From the NCBI GenBank assembly GCA_963741955.1, contig CAVUKB010000001.1:352001-416000 (forward strand): a stretch of DNA of 64,000 nt, written 5' to 3'. Position numbers and translations under genes: made by a program. Position 1 is the stretch's first letter. Each line of letters begins with the position of its first letter. Below the pieces are notes generated by a model. It made no database searches, was not told where the DNA came from, and saw nothing but the letters and a program-made list of their open reading frames with translations. The stretch is from an uncultured Acidobacteriota bacterium (GTDB lineage Bacteria > Acidobacteriota > Thermoanaerobaculia > Gp7-AA8). This document shows positions 49,679 to 59,768 of this stretch, piece by piece.

Positions 49679-51538
49679 ATGCGTGCGAAGGAGCTCGAAG
49701 TGTCCGAATCGACGTCGACCGCCGTTCTCGATTCCCCCACCGTGGGGCGTCCGGTATCCGTGAACGATCTGACCATCCACGTGGCCACGGTCAACGGTTC
49801 CGGATCGCAGTCCTCCAACAACGTCCTGATGCGGGCGATCTTCCAGATGGGTGTGCCGGTGAGCGGGAAGAACATGTTCCCTTCGAACATCGCCGGACTC
49901 CCGACCTGGTTCACCATCCGCGCGAATCGCGACGGATGGGTCGCGCGCAAGAAGGAAGTCGATCTGCTGGTGGCGATGAATCCGGCCACGGCGAAGGAGG
50001 ACGTCGAGGCTCTCGAACCTGGAGCGCTCTGCATTTTCGACGAGGCCCTTGCCTGCGAGCGGTACCGCGACGACGTACGTTTCTTCGCCGCTCCGTTCAC
50101 GAAACTGGCGGGGGAGGTGACCGACGATTCGCGTCTTCGGAAGCTTCTCGCCAACATGGTGTACGTCGGAGTGGTCGCGGAGCTGATCGGGATCGAGCGC
50201 GAGGAGGTCGTCCGCGCGATCGGCCGGCAGTTCAGGGACAAGAAGAAGGCGGTCGATCTCAACGTGCAGGCAGTCGACCGCGGCATCGAGTTCGCCCGGG
50301 AGAATCGTTTCCTTCAGAACGCCTTCCGGATCGAGAGGATGAACGCGACCGAGGGGAAGATCATCATCGACGGGAACTCGGCGGCCGCGATCGGCGCGAT
50401 GTTCGGCGGGGTGAGCGTGGTGACCTGGTACCCCATCACTCCGTCGACCTCCCTCTGCGAGTCGCTGATCGATTACATGAAGCGCTACCGGCTGAAGGAG
50501 GGGAAAGCCACCTTCGCCATCGTGCAGGCGGAGGACGAGCTCGCAGCGGTGGGAATGGTCCTCGGTGCGGGATGGGCTGGCGCGCGGTCGATGACCGCGA
50601 CGTCGGGTCCGGGCATCTCGCTGATGTCGGAGTTCGTCGGCCTCGGGTACTACGCCGAGCTCCCGGGTGTGATCTGGGACATCGAGCGGGTCGGACCATC
50701 GACCGGTCTGCCGACCCGCACCGCACAGGGGGATGTCCTCTCGGTCTGGTCCCTCTCTCACGGCGATACGCAGCATCCGGTACTCATTCCCGGCTCCGTC
50801 GCAGAGTGCTTCGATTTCGCGGTGGAAGCGCTGGATCTCGCGGAGATGTTGCAGACCCCCGTCTTCGTCCTCTCCGACCTGGATCTCGGAATGAACAACT
50901 GGATGTCTGACCCCTTCGTCTATCCGGAGAAACCGATCCGGCGTGGGAAGGTGCTCACGAAAGAGCGGCTGGAAGAGCTCGGGGCGAAGTGGGGACGTTA
51001 TCTGGACGTGGATGGTGACGCGGTCCCGTATCGAACCATTCCGGGGACCGATCATCCGATGGCGTCGTACTTCACGCGCGGGTCGGGGCACGACGAGTAC
51101 GCGCGCTACTCCGAAAGGCCGGGCGACTACCGGAAGAACCTCGATCGATTGAGGCGGAAGACCGACACCGCGAAGCAGTACGTTCCGAAGCCGGTGATCC
51201 GGGCGAAGGAGGGGGCCCGGATCGGGATCATCGCATTCGGGTCGAGCGATCTCGCGGTACGGGAGGCGCAGCATCAGCTCGCATCGGAGCACGACCTCCC
51301 GGTCGACTATCTGCGGATCCGCGCGCTCCCGTTCGTCGACGAGGTGCTGGAGTTCGTCACGGCGCACGAACGGGTCTACGTGGTGGAGCAGAACCGCGAT
51401 GGACAGATGGGCGACCTTTTGCGGCTCGCGGCAGGTGAGTTGCAGAACCGCATTCACAAGGTCCTGCACTACGACGGGCTTCCGCTCGATGCCCGGTCGG
51501 TCACCGACGCGGTGGTGCGCGACGAGCAGCAGGTCTGA
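49679..51538 (+). CDS. korA: 2-oxoacid:ferredoxin oxidoreductase alpha subunit
   Basis: NGSGS, WYPITPS, QAEDE, TATSGPG, GPSTGLPT. Confidence 0.9.
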   Translation: MRAKELEVSESTSTAVLDSPTVGRPVSVNDLTIHVATVNGSGSQSSNNVLMRAIFQMGVPVSGKNMFPSNIAGLPTWFTIRANRDGWVARKKEVDLLVAMNPATAKEDVEALEPGALCIFDEALACERYRDDVRFFAAPFTKLAGEVTDDSRLRKLLANMVYVGVVAELIGIEREEVVRAIGRQFRDKKKAVDLNVQAVDRGIEFARENRFLQNAFRIERMNATEGKIIIDGNSAAAIGAMFGGVSVVTWYPITPSTSLCESLIDYMKRYRLKEGKATFAIVQAEDELAAVGMVLGAGWAGARSMTATSGPGISLMSEFVGLGYYAELPGVIWDIERVGPSTGLPTRTAQGDVLSVWSLSHGDTQHPVLIPGSVAECFDFAVEALDLAEMLQTPVFVLSDLDLGMNNWMSDPFVYPEKPIRRGKVLTKERLEELGAKWGRYLDVDGDAVPYRTIPGTDHPMASYFTRGSGHDEYARYSERPGDYRKNLDRLRRKTDTAKQYVPKPVIRAKEGARIGIIAFGSSDLAVREAQHQLASEHDLPVDYLRIRALPFVDEVLEFVTAHERVYVVEQNRDGQMGDLLRLAAGELQNRIHKVLHYDGLPLDARSVTDAVVRDEQQV

Positions 51539-51561
51539 ACCGAACCCGAGGAGATCACGAC

Positions 51562-52620
51562 ATGCCGGCAATCGACAGCGTAGTGAAAACGAGGAACGAG
51601 ACGCCGAAGGAGAACCGGCTGGGGCTGAAGGCGCTCGATTACCAGGGAGGCCGCTCGACGCTCTGTGCCGGTTGCGGCCACGACGCGGTGAGCAATCAGA
51701 TCGTCCGCGCCTTTTTCGAGATGGGCGTGGAGCCGGAGAAGGTGATCAAGCTCTCCGGGATCGGTTGCTCGTCGAAGACTCCGGCGTACTTCATCTCCAG
51801 GGCGCATGGATTCAACGCCGTCCACGGCCGGATGCCCGCCGTGGCGACGGGGGCGATGCTGGCGAACAGCACTCTGGTCGGAGTCGGCGTCTCCGGGGAC
51901 GGCGACACCGCGTCGATCGGCGTCGGTCAGTTCATGCACATGATCCGGCGGAACATTCCGCTGATCTACATCGTGGAGAACAACGGCGTGTACGGGCTGA
52001 CCAAGGGTCAGTTCTCCGCCACCGCCGACGAAGGCTCGAAGCTCAAGACCGGAGTGATCAACGATCTCCCGCCGATGGACCTCTGTGCCATCGCGGTGCA
52101 GCTCGGCTGCGGGTTCGTCGCCCGCGGATTCGCGGGCGATCCGAAGCAGATGGTGAACATCCTGAAGGCGGCGGTCGCCCACAACGGCCTCTGTGTGATC
52201 GACGTCGTCTCACCGTGCGTGACGTTCAACAATCACGAAGGATCGACCAAGAGCTATCCGTATGCGAAGGAACACGAAGAGCTGCTGCACCAGATCGGGT
52301 TCGTTCCGGTGTTCGAGCAGATCGAGGTCGAGCTCGAACCGGGTGAGCTGAAGAGAGTGACGATGCACGACGGTTCCACGGTTCTCCTCAAGAGCCTGGA
52401 GGAGGAATACGATCCGTCGGATTCGCTCGCCGCGCTCGGCCGGCTCCATCAGGCGCACGAGGCGGGGGAGGTCCTCACGGGGCTCGTCTATCTGCAGCCG
52501 GAGAAGCCGAGCTTCCTCGATCTTCTCAACCTCACCGAGTCGCCTCTGGCGCACCTCGCTGCGGAGGACGCGCGTCCTCCACGGGAAGCGCTCGACGAGA
52601 TCATGCGCGAGCTGATGTAG
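51562..52620 (+). CDS. korB: 2-oxoacid:ferredoxin oxidoreductase beta subunit
   Basis: CAGCGH, SGIGCSS, HGR, SGDGD..NNGVYGLTKGQ, SPCVTFN. Confidence 0.92.
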   Translation: MPAIDSVVKTRNETPKENRLGLKALDYQGGRSTLCAGCGHDAVSNQIVRAFFEMGVEPEKVIKLSGIGCSSKTPAYFISRAHGFNAVHGRMPAVATGAMLANSTLVGVGVSGDGDTASIGVGQFMHMIRRNIPLIYIVENNGVYGLTKGQFSATADEGSKLKTGVINDLPPMDLCAIAVQLGCGFVARGFAGDPKQMVNILKAAVAHNGLCVIDVVSPCVTFNNHEGSTKSYPYAKEHEELLHQIGFVPVFEQIEVELEPGELKRVTMHDGSTVLLKSLEEEYDPSDSLAALGRLHQAHEAGEVLTGLVYLQPEKPSFLDLLNLTESPLAHLAAEDARPPREALDEIMRELM

Positions 52621-52878
52621 AGACGGAGGGGTTTTCGGATTTGTCCGGGAATGGCGGCTTGCGCGAGAGGCGCGAGTGCCGGTTCGCGGATGTAGAGGAG
52701 CGCCGGCTTCAAGCCGGCTGCGGTCAGGCCTCCGTGCCTGACCGCGAGGATCTCGGGAGAATCGAGCGATTCTCGCATTGTGCAAGATTGCGGATGAAGG
52801 GCACGGGGTGGCGAGCGCGGGGCGCTCGCCACGAGCCGGCAGAGATGCCGGCGCCCCAGGGCCGGAGATGTTGGCGCG

Positions 52879-53928
52879 CTACGCCACCGCGGATTCGTCG
52901 ATGGTCACCGTGCCGGCGTCGGCGTCGAGCGTTCCGGTCAATCCGAGCGGGAGAGTGATCTTTTTTTCGATGTGACCGAACGCGAATCCGGAGAGTACCG
53001 GAACGCCGAGTGAGCCGAAGTGATCGCGGATCACTTCCTCCTCGCTGAACGACGGCACGCTCTTCGGGACGCACTGGGTGCAGCGTCCCCAGACTACGCC
53101 CTTCACCCGGTCGAACTTGCCGCCCTCCTGGAGCTGGGTCAGCATCCGGTCGATCCGGTACGGCTCTTCGTGGATGTCCTCGAGAAAGAGCAGGCCGCCC
53201 GCGGTGTCGACTTCGTACGGCGTTCCCATCAGGGCGGACATGAGGGTCAGGTTTCCACCGACGATCCGGCCGCTCCCTTTTCCGGAGCGGACGGCGAAGG
53301 TGTGCCACTGCCGGTTCACGAGCTCGGTGTCCTTCCTGGGAGGATTGGAAAGGACCCCGATCGGGGCGTCGGACATGACGGCCTTCTTCAGGTTCTCGAG
53401 CGTGTAGGGCTCGAGAGTCGAATCAGCGACCGGTCCGTGGAACGTGACCAGGCCGGTGCGCTGATGGACTGTGTTGATCAGCGCGGTGATGTCGCTGTAG
53501 CCGATCAGCACCTTCGGGTTGCGCCGGATCAGCTGGTAGTCGAGAAAGGGGAGAATCCGCGGCGTGCCCCACCCCCCGGTGAAGCAGAAGATGCCGTCGA
53601 CTTCGGGGTCGGCGAACATCGCGTTCACGTCCGAGGCGCGGTCGCGGTCGGTTCCCGCGAACGAACCGTAGCGGTCGAACACGTGCGCACCGAATTTCAC
53701 TTTGAATCCGAGTGCCTCGAGCCGTTCCTTCGAGAGGTTGATGTCCTCCGCTTCGAATGAGAGAGAAGCGGGAAGGACGATGCCGACGGTATCGCCTTCT
53801 TTCAGCCGCGGAGGCTTGATCACTCCGCTGCTGCTCTTCGGCTCGACGGCGGGCGCGGGAACCGGGCCGGCGAGCGCTGCGACGGATGCGAGAGCGGTGA
53901 GGCGGGCGAAATCTCGGCGTGTGAACAT
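52879..53928 (-). CDS. S66 LD-carboxypeptidase with Tat signal
   Basis: TRRDF, GGWG, IGYSDIT, GGNL, LFLED, FGH. Confidence 0.9.
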   Translation of the reverse strand: MFTRRDFARLTALASVAALAGPVPAPAVEPKSSSGVIKPPRLKEGDTVGIVLPASLSFEAEDINLSKERLEALGFKVKFGAHVFDRYGSFAGTDRDRASDVNAMFADPEVDGIFCFTGGWGTPRILPFLDYQLIRRNPKVLIGYSDITALINTVHQRTGLVTFHGPVADSTLEPYTLENLKKAVMSDAPIGVLSNPPRKDTELVNRQWHTFAVRSGKGSGRIVGGNLTLMSALMGTPYEVDTAGGLLFLEDIHEEPYRIDRMLTQLQEGGKFDRVKGVVWGRCTQCVPKSVPSFSEEEVIRDHFGSLGVPVLSGFAFGHIEKKITLPLGLTGTLDADAGTVTIDESAVA

Positions 53929-53988
53929 GCGCGAGATTGTAGCGCGGAGGCGACGGGAATTTCGAATTCCGCGAACCGGAGCGGCGCG

Positions 53989-54864
53989 TCAGCGATCGAC
54001 CGGTTCCGCGTGGACGGTGATCACCACGCGGGGAAACGCGCTCCGGATCCGGGCCTTCACCATCTCCGTCAGTTCGTGTGCGCGGTCGAACGAGACTCTC
54101 CGGTCGATTCGGAGCTCGAACTCGATGAAGCGCACTCCGGCGGCGCGACGGGTGCGGAGATCGGCGAAGTCGACCACCTCGGGGTCCGACTCTTCGATCG
54201 AGCGCATCACCGCGGCGAGCTCCGACTCGGGGAGGGAACGATCCATCAGATCGTTGCCCGCGTTCCAGATCAGGTAGATCGAGTTCCAGCCGATCCAGGC
54301 CGCGACGGTGATCCCGAGAATCGAGTCGTAGACCGGATTGCCCGAGTAGCGGACCACGATCAGCGCGATGATCGTCGCTGCGTTGGCCACGAAGTCACTC
54401 GAGTAGTGAAGAGCATCGCTCGCGAGCGCGGAGCTCTCTTCTCTCACCGCGTTCCTTTTCAGGTACGAGGTGATCGCGAAGGTCGCGATCATCGAGCCGA
54501 CCATCGCCGCGACTGCGACGATGGACGCGTCGAGCGGCTCCGGATCGGCGATCCGATGCACCGCGCGCGCGCCGAGATAAAGGCTGCCGGAGAAGAGGAG
54601 CGCTCCCTGGAAGAGCGCCGCGAGATGCTCGGCCTTTCCGTGGCCGAACGGGTGGTCCTCGTCCGGAGGTTTTGCGGCAATGGTCAGGAAGACGAAGTTG
54701 ACGAACGAGGCGAGCATGTCGCCCGCCGAGTCGAGTGCCGACGAGAGGACCGCGATGGAGCCCGACGAGAATCCGACCACCGCCTTGGCCGCGGCGAGGA
54801 GTCCTGCCGCTCCGGCGACATTCAGCGCCACTCTCCGGGACGTTCGTCCCTCTTGGTCCGTCAC
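53989..54864 (-). CDS. Cation diffusion facilitator (FieF-like)
   Basis: ALDSAGD, PPDEDHPFGHGKAE, DALHYSSD, AH, VHAEP. Confidence 0.9.
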   Translation of the reverse strand: MTDQEGRTSRRVALNVAGAAGLLAAAKAVVGFSSGSIAVLSSALDSAGDMLASFVNFVFLTIAAKPPDEDHPFGHGKAEHLAALFQGALLFSGSLYLGARAVHRIADPEPLDASIVAVAAMVGSMIATFAITSYLKRNAVREESSALASDALHYSSDFVANAATIIALIVVRYSGNPVYDSILGITVAAWIGWNSIYLIWNAGNDLMDRSLPESELAAVMRSIEESDPEVVDFADLRTRRAAGVRFIEFELRIDRRVSFDRAHELTEMVKARIRSAFPRVVITVHAEPVDR

Positions 54865-54964
54865 GGGCTCATCTTATCGGAGGAGGGAGGAGGGAGACCA
54901 GAGGAAAGCGGCGAGCGACGAGCGGCGAGCGAAGAGTGAAGGGGGCGGGGGGCCGGGGGCCGGA

Positions 54965-55120
54965 GCTATTCAGATCCTCGATCCCAGATCCTCGATCTCA
55001 GATGCTATTCAGATCCTCGATCCCAGATCCTCGATCTCAGATGCTATTCAGATCCTCGATCTCAGATCCTAGATCTCAGATGCTTTACAGATCCTCGATC
55101 TCAGATCCTAGATCTCAGAT
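54965..55120. repeat. Four tandem 39-bp units built from GATC-containing heptamers
   Basis: GCTATTCAGATCCTCGATCCCAGATCCTCGATCTCAGAT and variants at 54965, 55004, 55043, 55082. Confidence 0.9.
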
Positions 55121-55126
55121 GCTTTT

Positions 55127-55975
55127 CTACTCTTTCATCTCTTTCCGGTACTTCGGATCGAGGGCATCGATCAGGCCGTCGCCGAGGAAGTTCAGCCCCA
55201 TCACCGCGAGCATGATGGCGATGCCGGGATAGATGGCGAGATGGTTGGCGATGCCGAGATAGCGGCGTCCGGCGGTGAGCATGGCGCCCCAGGAGGGAGT
55301 GGGGGGCTGGACGCCGAGGCCGAGAAACGAGAGTGCCGCTTCGGCGAGGATGGCCCCGGCGAGTCCGAGGGTCGCCATGACGATCACCGGATTGATCACA
55401 TTCGGGAGGACGTGGCGCAGAAGAATCCGGTGGGGACGTGCCCCGAGGGCCTTCGCCGCGGTGACGTACTCCATCTCCCGGATTTTCAAGACCTGACCCC
55501 GGGTCAGGCGTGCGTAACCGACCCATCCGATGGTCGCGAGGGCGAGAATGACGTTGTTCAGACTCGGTCCGAGCACTGCCACCAGCGCGATGGCCAGGAG
55601 TATCCCGGGAAACGCCAGCAGAACGTCCGAGAAGCGCATGATGATGGTATCCAGCCATCCCCCGGCGTAACCCGCGAGCGCGCCGAGGAAGATGCCGAGC
55701 GAGGCGGCGAGAAGGACGACGCTGAATCCGACCCGGAGAGAGACCCGGGCCCCCCAGATCACCCGCGAGAGGACGTCCCGACCGAGATCGTCCAGACCGA
55801 GCGGATGGGCGTGAGACGGTCCCTCGAGCCGGAGCCGGGTCTGCTGGACGTCGGGATCGTACGGCGCGATCACCGGAGCGGCGAGTGCCACCACGATCAG
55901 CGCGAGCGTGATCGCTCCGCCGATGGTGAGGGCGAAGTGTCGCGAGAATTTCCGGTAGAGAGTGAGTGCCACCAT
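55127..55975 (-). CDS. dppC: Peptide/nickel ABC permease, DppC-like
   Basis: HPLGLDDLGRDVLSR, AAKALGA..HVLPN, EAALSFLGLG. Confidence 0.88.
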   Translation of the reverse strand: MVALTLYRKFSRHFALTIGGAITLALIVVALAAPVIAPYDPDVQQTRLRLEGPSHAHPLGLDDLGRDVLSRVIWGARVSLRVGFSVVLLAASLGIFLGALAGYAGGWLDTIIMRFSDVLLAFPGILLAIALVAVLGPSLNNVILALATIGWVGYARLTRGQVLKIREMEYVTAAKALGARPHRILLRHVLPNVINPVIVMATLGLAGAILAEAALSFLGLGVQPPTPSWGAMLTAGRRYLGIANHLAIYPGIAIMLAVMGLNFLGDGLIDALDPKYRKEMKE

Positions 55976-55976
55976 A

Positions 55977-56900
55977 TCAGTCGTACGAGATCCTCGGGTC
56001 GATGAACCCGTAGACCAGGTCGGTGAGGAGATTCACGATGATGTAGGTCAGAGCAATCACCAGGATCGACGCCTGCACCTGCGGGTAATCGCGTGAGGTG
56101 ATCGACTGGATCAGGAGCCGCCCGAGCCCGGGCCAGGAGAAGATCTGCTCGGTGATGATCGCGCCGGTGAGAAGAGAGCCGAACTGCAGGCCGACGATGG
56201 TGATCACCGGAATCAGGGCGTTCCGCAGCGCGTGCACGAACACCGTCTTGAACCGGCTCACTCCCTTCGCCCGCGCCGTGGTGACGTAGAGCTGGCCCAG
56301 TTCTTCGGCCAGGCTGACGCGGATCATCCGGGTGAGGATGGCCGAAAGGGCGAGCCCCATGGTCAGGGACGGGAGAACGATGGAACGGAAGCCGGCCTCG
56401 CGTCCGGAGACCGGGAACCAGGGCAACTGAATGGCGAAGAGGATGATCAGGAGCGGGCCGAACCAGAAGCTCGGCATGGAGACGCCGATCAGGGCGAAGA
56501 AGCGCGCGACGTTGTCGATCCACGAGTTTCGATAGATCGCCGACGCGATTCCGAGCGGGAATGCGACGAGGAGTGCGACGACCATCCCACCGAACGCGAG
56601 CTCGAGCGTTGCCGGATACCGCTGTCGGATCTGGGTGGAGACTTTCGTGTCGGTTCGGAACGAGCGCCCCAGGTCTCCGTGGAGGAGTCCACCGACGTAG
56701 TTCACGTATTGGGTGAGGAGCGGCTTGTCGAGGCCGAGCTGATGCCGGATCTGCAGGATGTCCTGCGGCCGGGCGTTCTCTCCGGCGATCTGCACGGCGG
56801 GATCGCCGGGGATGAGATGGATCAGCGAGAAGATGAGGGTGATGATCCCGAGGGTGATCGGAATGACCTGAAGTGTTCTTCGGATCAGGAACTGCGTCAT
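55977..56900 (-). CDS. dppB: Peptide/nickel ABC permease, DppB-like
   Basis: PGDPA, GDLGRS, TARAKG..HALRNALIP, TEQIFSWPGLG, DPRI. Confidence 0.88.
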   Translation of the reverse strand: MTQFLIRRTLQVIPITLGIITLIFSLIHLIPGDPAVQIAGENARPQDILQIRHQLGLDKPLLTQYVNYVGGLLHGDLGRSFRTDTKVSTQIRQRYPATLELAFGGMVVALLVAFPLGIASAIYRNSWIDNVARFFALIGVSMPSFWFGPLLIILFAIQLPWFPVSGREAGFRSIVLPSLTMGLALSAILTRMIRVSLAEELGQLYVTTARAKGVSRFKTVFVHALRNALIPVITIVGLQFGSLLTGAIITEQIFSWPGLGRLLIQSITSRDYPQVQASILVIALTYIIVNLLTDLVYGFIDPRISYD

Positions 56901-57240
56901 CGTGTCGGGCTATCCTATCAAAGCCGAGTGATCAGCAATTCAAGCAGGGTGCCGGGATCGGGGATCGGGGGTCCGGGGTCGGGGATCGGAGGTCAGGGGC
57001 ATGCGCACAAACTTTGAGGAGCGAAATGAAGCCATCGCCCGACGAATGCAGAATGCAGAGTTCAGAATTGAGAATGAAGAAGGGCTGGGGTCGCTTCTCA
57101 GCTCTCAATTCTGCATTTTGCATTCTGCATTCGTCCTTGCCGACCCGATTCGCAGGGCTGTGCACTCACGAGAAAGGCAAAAGTTAGTGCGTACGGGGGT
57201 CAGGGGGCTGGAGGCGCGGGGGGGCGGGAAGATTCACACC

Positions 57241-57345
57241 TGAATGTTGACAGAATAATATTCTTTAGATTAACGATGTATTAGAATTTTATTCTGCATA
57301 TCGTGTATCTCTGCGCATTTGTGATGGGGTATTAATGCTGTAGAG
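57241..57345. promoter_or_regulatory. AT-rich island with TTGACA and inverted repeats
   Basis: TTGACA 57247-57252; CAGAATAA/TTATTCTG IR; GAATA-a-TATTC palindrome. Confidence 0.4.
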
Positions 57346-57396
57346 AGAACATTCTTCTCCCTGCTTTCAGCCCCCGGACCCCCGGACCCCCGAGCA

Positions 57397-58173
57397 TCAT
57401 CGCGAGGCGAGCACTTCGCTCAGGAACTCCAGTCCGTGCAACGTCCGCGTTCCGTGCCACGTGAAGAGGTGACCCGGAAACGGGCCGATCACGTTCCACT
57501 CTCCAACTGATCTCATCTCGTCCGCATCCGCAGTGGTGAAGGCATACGGTTCGTCGGGGAGGAACACGATGTCGGGAGTGAGCGCAGCGACCAAGGCGGG
57601 CTCATGGCTGGGGTACCGCAGTTCGTCGCGCAGTACGTTCCGGCCTCCGGCGGCTTCGACGAGACTCGAGACGTACGTGTCGCCGCCGCACCACATCCAG
57701 GGACGTTTCCAGATCGCGCAGGCGAACGTGAAGCTCTCGCGACTCTCCGTCCGCTCGATCTCTTCCCGAATGGCATAGCACCACCGGGCTGCGCGGTCCG
57801 GCACGTGATGGATCGCCCCGAGGCTGCCGATCAGCGAGACGACATCACCGATGCTCTTCGGCTCCGTGACGAAGAGCTTCGTGAATGCCCCGATCGCCTC
57901 CGCATCGCGACGGAGGTTCTCTTCGAGATTCATGTAGACGAGGTCCGGTTCGAGAGCGCGAATCGCCTCGATGTCCGGGTTCTTCGTCCCGCCGACCTTC
58001 GGCAGCGCCTCGACGCGCTCCGCCGGAAAGATGCAGAACCGCGTGACTCCGGCCACGCTCCCTCCGGCGCCGATGTCGAAGAGTGATTCGGTGACCGACG
58101 GGACGAGCGACACCACCCGTCGCGGAGGCGGCTCGTCGGGATCCACGGTGTTGCCGATGAGGTCAGTGATCAT
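57397..58173 (-). CDS. Helical-backbone metal receptor (BtuF-like)
   Basis: RVVSLVPSVTESL, GVTRFC, VGGTKNP, EEN, PDEPY.F, W.G.R. Confidence 0.85.
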   Translation of the reverse strand: MITDLIGNTVDPDEPPPRRVVSLVPSVTESLFDIGAGGSVAGVTRFCIFPAERVEALPKVGGTKNPDIEAIRALEPDLVYMNLEENLRRDAEAIGAFTKLFVTEPKSIGDVVSLIGSLGAIHHVPDRAARWCYAIREEIERTESRESFTFACAIWKRPWMWCGGDTYVSSLVEAAGGRNVLRDELRYPSHEPALVAALTPDIVFLPDEPYAFTTADADEMRSVGEWNVIGPFPGHLFTWHGTRTLHGLEFLSEVLASR

Positions 58174-58222
58174 GGGAAAAAAGCGTAGCGGAGAGGGATT
58201 TCTCCGGATCGAGCTTCCGGTA

Positions 58223-59620
58223 CTACTCGGGGAAGATCTTCCCCGGATTGAGAATCCCCTCCGGATCGAAGACGTCCTTGATCCGCCGCATCAGAGCGAT
58301 CTCCGCGGAGCCCTGGGTGATCGGAAGGTAATCCTTCTGTACCCACCCGATGCCGTGCTCTCCGGAGACCTGACCCCCGAGCTTCGCAGTGAGTACGAAG
58401 ATCTCACGGATCGCACCGGGAAGGGCGTCGCGCCACTGCTCGTCGCTGACGGTCTTGATGATGTTGCAGTGGATGTTGCCGTCGCCTGCGTGGCCGTAGC
58501 AGATGGTCATCAGGCCGTGCCGCCCGGCGATCTCCTTCACTCCGCGGATCAGCTCCGGAATCCTGTTGCGAGGAACGACGGTGTCCTCTTCCTTGTAGAT
58601 GTTGATCGACTTGACCGCCTCGCCGATGCATCGCCGCAGCGCCCAGATCTCGCGCATGCGCGGCGCGTCCTCTGCCATCAGCACATCCTCGGCTTCTGCC
58701 TCGAAGCACGCTTCACCCATCAGCATCGCTTCGTCGTCCACCCTCTGCTCGCTGTGGCCGTCCGCCTCCAGCAGCAGATGCGCCGCCGCGGCCGAGTTGG
58801 GCCACTCCTTTCCGAGCTGGCGCACTGCGCACATCACCGCGTCCTGCTCCATCAGCTCGCACGCACTCGGCTGGACTCCCCTGGCGAAGATGGCGACCAC
58901 CGCGTTCGCCGCCGCTTCCAGCGAGGAGAAAGAGGCGAGAAGCACCTTGCGGTGAGGGGGCCAGGGGATCAGTTTCATGTACAGCTTGGTCAGGATCGCG
59001 AGCGTACCCTCCGAGCCGACCAGGAGCTGAGTCAGGTTGTACCCGCTCACGTCCTTGTAAAGCTTTCCTCCCGTCCGGATCAGCGAACCGTCCGGGAGAA
59101 CGGCTTCGGCGCCGAGCACGTAGTCCTTCGTCACGCCGTACTTCACCGCACGCGGCCCACCGGCATTCTCGGCGACGTTGCCGCCGAGCGTGCACGAGCC
59201 GCGCGACGCGGGGTCGGGAGGATAGAAGAGGCCCACCTTCTCCACCTCTTCCTGGAACACCTGCGTGATCACTCCCGGCTCGACCACTCCCACCAGATTC
59301 TCCCGGTCGATCTCCACGATCGAGTTCATCCGATGGCAGGAAAAGAGAATCCCGCCGCGCACCGGAAGGGCCCCTCCGCTGAGCCCCGTTCCTCCCGCAC
59401 GCGGAGTGAGCGGAATCCGGTGCTCGTACGCGATGCGGACCATCGCCTGAACCTCTGCAGTCGTGCGGGGAAGCGCCGCAACCTCCGGCATGAAGACGAG
59501 ATCTTCCGTGTAATCCGACGCGAAAGGCCGGAGCTCCTCCGCGCTGGTGACGACCGAATCGTCGCCGAGCGCGTCTCGGAGCTTTGCGATGACTTCGGGA
59601 GTGATGCGGCTCTCGGACAT
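58223..59620 (-). CDS. FAD-linked oxidase (GlcD/D-lactate dehydrogenase family)
   Basis: GGTGLSGG, YPPDPAS, GSEGTL, GHAGDGNIH, SGEHGIG, LNPGK. Confidence 0.9.
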   Translation of the reverse strand: MSESRITPEVIAKLRDALGDDSVVTSAEELRPFASDYTEDLVFMPEVAALPRTTAEVQAMVRIAYEHRIPLTPRAGGTGLSGGALPVRGGILFSCHRMNSIVEIDRENLVGVVEPGVITQVFQEEVEKVGLFYPPDPASRGSCTLGGNVAENAGGPRAVKYGVTKDYVLGAEAVLPDGSLIRTGGKLYKDVSGYNLTQLLVGSEGTLAILTKLYMKLIPWPPHRKVLLASFSSLEAAANAVVAIFARGVQPSACELMEQDAVMCAVRQLGKEWPNSAAAAHLLLEADGHSEQRVDDEAMLMGEACFEAEAEDVLMAEDAPRMREIWALRRCIGEAVKSINIYKEEDTVVPRNRIPELIRGVKEIAGRHGLMTICYGHAGDGNIHCNIIKTVSDEQWRDALPGAIREIFVLTAKLGGQVSGEHGIGWVQKDYLPITQGSAEIALMRRIKDVFDPEGILNPGKIFPE

Positions 59621-59630
59621 GCGAGGATTG

Positions 59631-59768
59631 TATCTAGTATCTGGTATGTATTATCTGGTATCTGGGATCCAGGAGCTGAGATCCTGGATGAGCGCAGAGC
59701 TCGGAAGTCGGCTCTCGGCTCTCAGATACCAGATACCAGATACTCGATACTAGATACTAGATACTAGA
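59631..59768. repeat. Inverted heptamer tracts
   Basis: (TATCTRG)n on the left facing (YAGATAC)n on the right; right tract abuts the tldE stop. Confidence 0.8.

Noticed and set aside
52690-52746. Hairpins downstream of korB
   Set aside because: Consistent with ordinary REP- or terminator-like hairpins between convergent genes.
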